NCBI GenBank assembly: GCA_951406725.2
Contig: OX597818.1
Span: forward strand, 106,206,001 to 106,270,000
DNA from: Octopus vulgaris
Taxonomy: Eukaryota
Direction: 5' to 3'
Length of the DNA stretch: 64,000 nt
The notes under the pieces: model-generated
What the model was told of the DNA's origin: nothing
What the model saw: only the letters and a program-made list of their open reading frames with translations
Database searches by the model: none
Made by a program: the position numbers and the translations under genes
Shown: piece after piece, positions 58,222 through 64,000 of the stretch
Layout of the letters: every line of letters starts with the position of its first letter
Position numbering within the stretch: the stretch's first letter is position 1

Positions 58222-60088
58222 GTACATACATATATATATATACACATGCGTGTATATATATTAACATACATACATACATACACACACATATATATACACA
58301 CGGTGCACACACGTATCTCTTGAACTGATTCCTTCACGATTGCGCTACAACTATAGCTGATTTTCAAAGAATTCCCACGCAGAATCTTGCCAATTCTATA
58401 AGGCATGCAGTGACATGTCAGAAGTATATGAAACTGAAATTTAATCAAATACACCTAACTAAACGAAACAGGTGATAAAAAAAATATTGAAACACTTGAA
58501 CAATTCAAAACTATTTTCTTAACCGAACAGTTCTTTCCATAAACAGCTGATTATCCAAGGGACGCAACTCACATTTAAATATCGAAGAGTTATTCCTCTT
58601 CCCAAACAAACTGCATTCATCCGTAAGCAACATTTTTTTTTTACCTTGGAAAATCTTAAGCTTGAGTTATAAGCTAAGACTACTTGAGTAAGGAAGTGGT
58701 GATTGCTGGAATAAGCTTAATCATATATCTTTCTTGAAACATGACACTCAAGTTGTCATAAATGTTATAAAATACTGTTTACAAATATTCATAACTCTCA
58801 AATGTAATGGAGTACTTCAATTTGCTCAGCCTATAAGAAAGGAATCAGGATGTGTGTGTGTATCTTGCTAAGCCTACATTTGCTATCATCTATAACATCC
58901 TTGATGCACTATAATTCTCTTGATGATCTTCACTTATCTCTCCATTTCTCATTTTTCTACCACCTGTGTTGATAACCCTTCACTTGGCGTAGGTATAAAA
59001 GACTACATCAGACTCTCCTCATCACTTCTCCTCTATCTCTAACCCTTTCACCTATATATAACCGATTGTGCCAAATTGTCTGTACCCATGGACACAGTAA
59101 CTTAGCATTTCTCTACTGACAATAATCCCTCTCTCTTTCTCTCCTCCACTGCCTCCCACCCTACCCTGCTTCATTCCACATTATCCATATTGTCCTCCAC
59201 ACCCACATTTTACACTCTTCTCCTTCATCCCCATGTTGAACCAAGAAATTCTGTCCTATACCTCTCTCTCTCACCCTCCTCTGTATCCTATCCAAATTGC
59301 CATTGCTCTCTTGACCTCCCCATGTAAACAGTATCATCATTGTTATCCTGTTATTGCCCTCTTCTTGCATCCCTTTAACTCCCCAATTCAGTCAGCACTA
59401 ACAATTTCAATCCTTTCCTCCCCCTAGTCTCTCTGCCCCCACCCCACCCCGCATACTGAGGCGCCCCCTGGATACCTCATCACCAGTATTTATTCCTTCA
59501 CAGCTACTACTAATTAATTTTGAACACCCTCATGAATATCTGAAGCCAAGTAGCTCCCCTTTGACAAGAACCTGCTCTGTCCCACCTCCTTCCTTCATGT
59601 CCTAACCCACATCTACTTGCACAAATCCTCCTCCCCTCAGGTTTTGTATGCCTGCAACTTCCATAGTGATGGAGGCGCAAGAAAATCACCCAGCATGCAT
59701 GCTAGAAAGTGATTGGCATTAGGAAGGGCATTCAGCTGTAGAAACCTTGCCAAAGTAGACACTGGGTTATGATGATACAGTCCTTGGACCCATCGGATTC
59801 TGTCCAGCCATCCAACCCATGGCCGTTTAACAGGAAGATGGGTTATTAGATGATAATGAAATATATATGTTTGCTACTTTTATTAACTGCTCAATGCCAT
59901 ACAATAATAGAATTGTGTCAATACATTAATATTATTTTTCAATACAATGACAAAATAAATATCAAGTGAATACCTAAATATACATACACATACTTAGATG
60001 TATATGTATGTCGGATTGTGTTTCTATATTTGTATATATAGATATTATATATAGAGATAACTATACCGGTTCATATGCATACACAAAA

Positions 60089-60162
60089 CTTTACATACGT
60101 CTTGTCAGATCCTAATGGCTGGTGGCCACCAGCCATTAGGGTCTGATGAAACCTATGTAAAG
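60089..60162. repeat. Loop-less palindrome with 37-bp arms
   Basis: ctttacatacgtcttgtcagatcctaatggctggtgg | ccaccagccattagggtctgatgaaacctatgtaaag. Confidence 0.85.
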
Positions 60163-60919
60163 CTGGGATCTCTATGGATGTAGGCTTGAAAGAAATGAAG
60201 CTAGTATGCTTTGCTGGATGTGTAATGTCAGTGAGCAAGTACGACAGGGTGTAAGCATCTGGAGAAAAACATTGGACATAAGAGGATTTCAGATGTGGTG
60301 TGCAAGAGAGACGACTGTGTTGGTGTGGTCATGTGATGCATATGAATGAGGACAGCTGTCTGAAGAAGTGCCAATCTCTACTAGTGGAGGGAAACCGTGG
60401 AAGAGGGAGACCCAAGAAGACATGGGACAAAGTGGTGAAGCATGATCTTCGAATGCTGGACCCTGTGGTGGCAATGACAAATGACTGAGGCCTTTGGCAA
60501 TATACCATGCTTGAGAAGCCTCCCTCAAGCCAAGCAAAATCACAGCTGTGGCCATTGACAGTGTCATGTAACTGGCACCTAAGCTGATGGCACCTCTCAA
60601 GTGTTGGGCCCCATGGTGGCAACAACAAATGACTGAGACTTTTGGCAATATGCCATGTTTGAGTAGAAGACCCATCAAGCCAAGTGAAACCTTAGTCATG
60701 GCAGATACTGGTGTCATGCAACTGGCAGCTGTGCCGGTGGAACATGTAAAAGCAACCATTACATTCTTGGTGTGGTTGGCATTAGAAAGGGTATCCAGCC
60801 ATAGGAAACCATACCAAATGAAACTGGAGTCTGATGTAGCCCCTCAGCTTACCAGCCCTAGTCAAACTGTGCAACCCATACCAGCATGGACAATGGACGT
60901 TAAATGATGATGATGATGA

Positions 60920-60956
<37 letters not shown>

Positions 60957-61292
60957 CAATAAAGAAAGCAATGTCATTAACAGCCACACTAATTCATTCC
61001 CTCATTAATTATGTACAGTTTCAGTAACATAGTTAATTAACTGTTGCCCAAACAAGGATTTATCAGCAGCACTATCTTGGGTTCATCTAAGAGCAACAAT
61101 TTAATGTTTTTAATTGTGTAATATTTGAAGGGTGTTAAATGTAAGAGTTCATCCTTATTTTAGAGTTTATATTACAGAAAAATTGTCATAATTATTGAAG
61201 CCAATGAACACATCCACCACCATTTGCAGTTTTCAACGTTTCACTTGTTTCTCTTTTTCCAAAGTAGTTGAGCTATTTTATTCTGCACACCC

Positions 61293-61711
61293 ACTCTTTT
61301 TACTCTTTTACTCTTTTACTTGTTTCAGTCATTTGACTGCGGCCATGCTGGAGCACCGCCTTTAGTCAAGCAAATCGACCCCGGGACTTATTCTTTGTAA
61401 GCCCAGTACTTATTCTATCGGTCTCTTTTGTCGAACCGCTAAGTGACGGGGACGTAAACACACCAGCATTGGTTGTCAAGCAATACTAGGGGGACAAACA
61501 CAGACGCACAAACATATACACACACACTTATATATATATACATATATACGACAGGCTTCCTTCAGTTTCCGTCTACCAAATCCACTCACAAGGCATTGGT
61601 CGGCCTGGGGCTATAGCAGAATACACTTGCCCAAGATGCCACACAGTGGGACTGAACCCGGAACCATGTGGTTGGTTAGCAAGCTACTTACCACACAGCC
61701 ACTCCTGCGCC
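61293..61711 (-). mobile_element. tRNA-derived SINE (family 1), full length
   Basis: Collinear with 7981-8395. Followed by a short tandem repeat of cccactc(tc)aaata units at about 61716-61810. Confidence 0.88.
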
Positions 61712-62467
61712 TATATTGCCCACTCTCAAATATTTTTCCCACTCTCAAATATTTGCCCACTCAAATAATTTGCCCACTCAAATAATGCCCACTCTCAAAT
61801 ATTTTTCCCTAAACCATTCTGTTGCCTTCTCAATGAGTATGCATTTTTTTTTTTTTTACATACTTTGTTTATGTTTTTTCAAAGGATTTTACTGTTCTTA
61901 CATTTTGCTAGTAAGTATGCAAGCTAATGACATTTTGTTTTTATTTTACTTCCTTTTGTTGTTGCTAACATCAGAATACAGGTATGAAGATGTGCAGGTG
62001 TGTTCACTTCCCTTGTATTGGGACTTATTTTATCTTATTTCTATATTATTGTAGTGATGAATTGTTAGAAGTGCATTGTTACTCAGTCTTTCTTGATGAG
62101 TGTGTGGGTGGAATCTGCATCCTATATTGACATAGCTTCTGTTATTGGTCATAAGGTTCTGTTTTTTTTTTGGGGTGTCTGGGGGGGAATTTTTACTTCA
62201 ATATTTTTATCTAGCCATTATGTTTCTAGCAGTTGTAATTTGTTTGTTTCTTTTCACTGTATTCTCCATTGTGTTCTGCAGTTCTTTCACACAAGCTGCA
62301 CACTGTCTCTCCTGTGTTGATTGAGGTGGTGTCCTTATACTGCCTTTCCACGTACCTCATATGAGAGACAATGTCTCTAATTTTGTAGTTTATTTTCAAG
62401 TTTATTGCACATACATTGTAGTTGTTGCCAATGCAAGATGTTTTCTTAAATGGGCTTGATATACATA

Positions 62468-63900
62468 TGAAGCTGGGCTGAAAAGTTCATAGGCTGACTA
62501 TGACGGAATGATGTTAAAGCTGTCAAGTTGTGCATGCATTAACTTCAACCTTTCTTGTTAATAGCTGTATTGTTTCTTTTCAGAAACTGACATCTGACTG
62601 TTCAAAGACGACTTCAAAAGTAACTGGTGGCAATTTTTCTTTATAAAAATCAGCAAAATTTGGCATCATGGTGTTTTCAAGTACTTACAGAAAAACAGTT
62701 TAGTGCCCAAAGGGTTCATGCTGATATGGTTGCTGCATTAGGGAATGAAACTCCAGCTTTATCAACAGTGCAAAAGTGGGCTGCTTGAAGATAACCTAAT
62801 GTCTGGACATCCTGCAACTGCCACCATCAAGGAAAACATGGTGATGGATGAAAGGTGACTGACTATAAATCATTTAGCCAATGCTATTAGAATTTCATGT
62901 GAGATAGTGGAGAACGTTCTGAAGGCACATGGCTCAGTGGTTAGAGCATTGGGCTCACAATCATGAGGTAGTGAGTTCAATTCCCAAACTGGTCTGTGTG
63001 TTGTGCACTTGAGCAAGACATGTTATTGCACATTGTTCCAGTTCACTCAGGTGTGGAAATGAGTTGCACCATCACTGGTGCCAGACTCTACTTTGTCTTT
63101 CCTTTGGGTAACATCGGTTGCCAAGAGAGAAGGGGAGGCTGGTATGCATGGGCAACTGCTGGTCTTCCATAAAAAACAACCTTGCTTAGGTTTACACTTC
63201 AGAGGGTAACTTTGTAGGTGCAATCCCATGGTCATTCATGACCACAGGGGGTCTTTACTCTTTATCCTTACTCAATGGATGACAGGTGATTGACTATAAA
63301 TCAAATAGCCAATGCTATTAGCATTTTGTGTAAGAGAGTGGAGAATATTCTGCACAATGAACTTGACATGATGATGGTTTCTGCTTGGTGAATGCCATGT
63401 TTTCTGACTCGTGGTCAAAAGTGCACCATGCTGATCACATCATGTAATAACTTGACATTGTTTGAGGCCAGTTGGTTTCTTAAATGTTTCCTAACCCAGG
63501 ATGAGCAGAGTGATCATCACCTTGAACCAGGGACAAAGAGACAGTCTATGCAATGGAAACCGCCCCTCCTCACCTGCTCCTGACAAAGTCACGGTCGTTT
63601 CATCTGCAGGGAATCGAATGGCTTCAATTTTTTGGAATGCTTATTGAGTATCTTCCAAAGGGCCACACCATCAATGAGAGTACTATACCAACTTACTGAA
63701 GTAGTTATGAAGGGCTTCAAGACCAAATACCCAGGAAAACTAACAAAAGGGGCCTTGTTTCATCAGGACAATGTTCCAGTAGAGAAGTCATTGGTTCCAA
63801 TGTCTGCTGTGCATGTTTGTGGCTTTGAACTGGTTGATCACTGTCCCTATTCTCCTGATTTAGCTCCATCTGATTCTCATCTGTTCCCCAACATGGAGAA
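62468..63900 (+). mobile_element. Defective mariner (second family) interrupted by a SINE
   Basis: TA plus a TIR like that at 47255; PALSTVQKWAA, HQDN and PYSPDLAPSD remnants. Confidence 0.82.
62921..63274 (+). mobile_element. tRNA-derived SINE flanked by a 77-bp direct duplication
   Basis: A-box tggctcagtggttaga and B-box gagttcaattcc. The flanks 62844-62920 and 63275-63351 are duplicates. Confidence 0.8.
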
Positions 63901-64000
63901 ACACAGGAAGGGCTGTGGTGGGCATGTGGGGTTGGCAAGGTGCAAGTGGCCAGTTGGAAGTGGTCAGTATATGAGAGTAGACCTGTTAGATGGTATAGCA

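Noticed and set aside
58310-58454. Minus-strand peptide [17 protein letters not shown] resembling Penelope-like ORF text
   Set aside because: Only a few residues match a remembered motif and no RT or GIY-YIG context is present.
58573-58633. Possible first exon MLLTDECSLFGKRNNSSIFK with a phase-1 gtgagt donor on the minus strand
   Set aside because: The phase fits exon 54913, but there is no signal peptide, it is too short for the expected N-terminal part, and nothing else supports it.

Overview
This window is AT-rich, repeat-dominated animal genomic DNA. The huge (TA)n/(TATG)n microsatellites and the SINE/LINE types look like octopus (coleoid cephalopod); that assignment is an inference. Almost all ORFs in the supplied track are artefacts of microsatellites (IY/CV/HT repeats) or dead transposons. 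One host gene is supported: three phase-compatible GT-AG exons on the minus strand (54740-54913, 45263-45438, 37800-38069). They encode the C-terminal ~205 aa of an uncharacterised Cys-containing protein with a Thr-rich linker and a hydrophobic, GPI-signal-like tail; its 5' exons were not found. The rest is CR1-group and RTE LINE fragments, tRNA-derived SINEs, mariner and pogo/Tigger remnants, and non-autonomous Helitrons. The most unusual signal is a dispersed set of short non-coding elements carrying type I hammerhead-ribozyme (HHR) folds (11955-12017, 32409-32461, 48611-48652, 51231-51281, degenerate 2334-2367). Two sit in long fold-back palindromes. The 3-8 core pair covaries between copies (C-G, U-A, G-C). 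In two unrelated palindromes the inverted arm stops at the same position of the catalytic core. These resemble Penelope-like pseudo-LTR remnants, but no Penelope ORF is visible in the window. All folds and alignments were read by eye.
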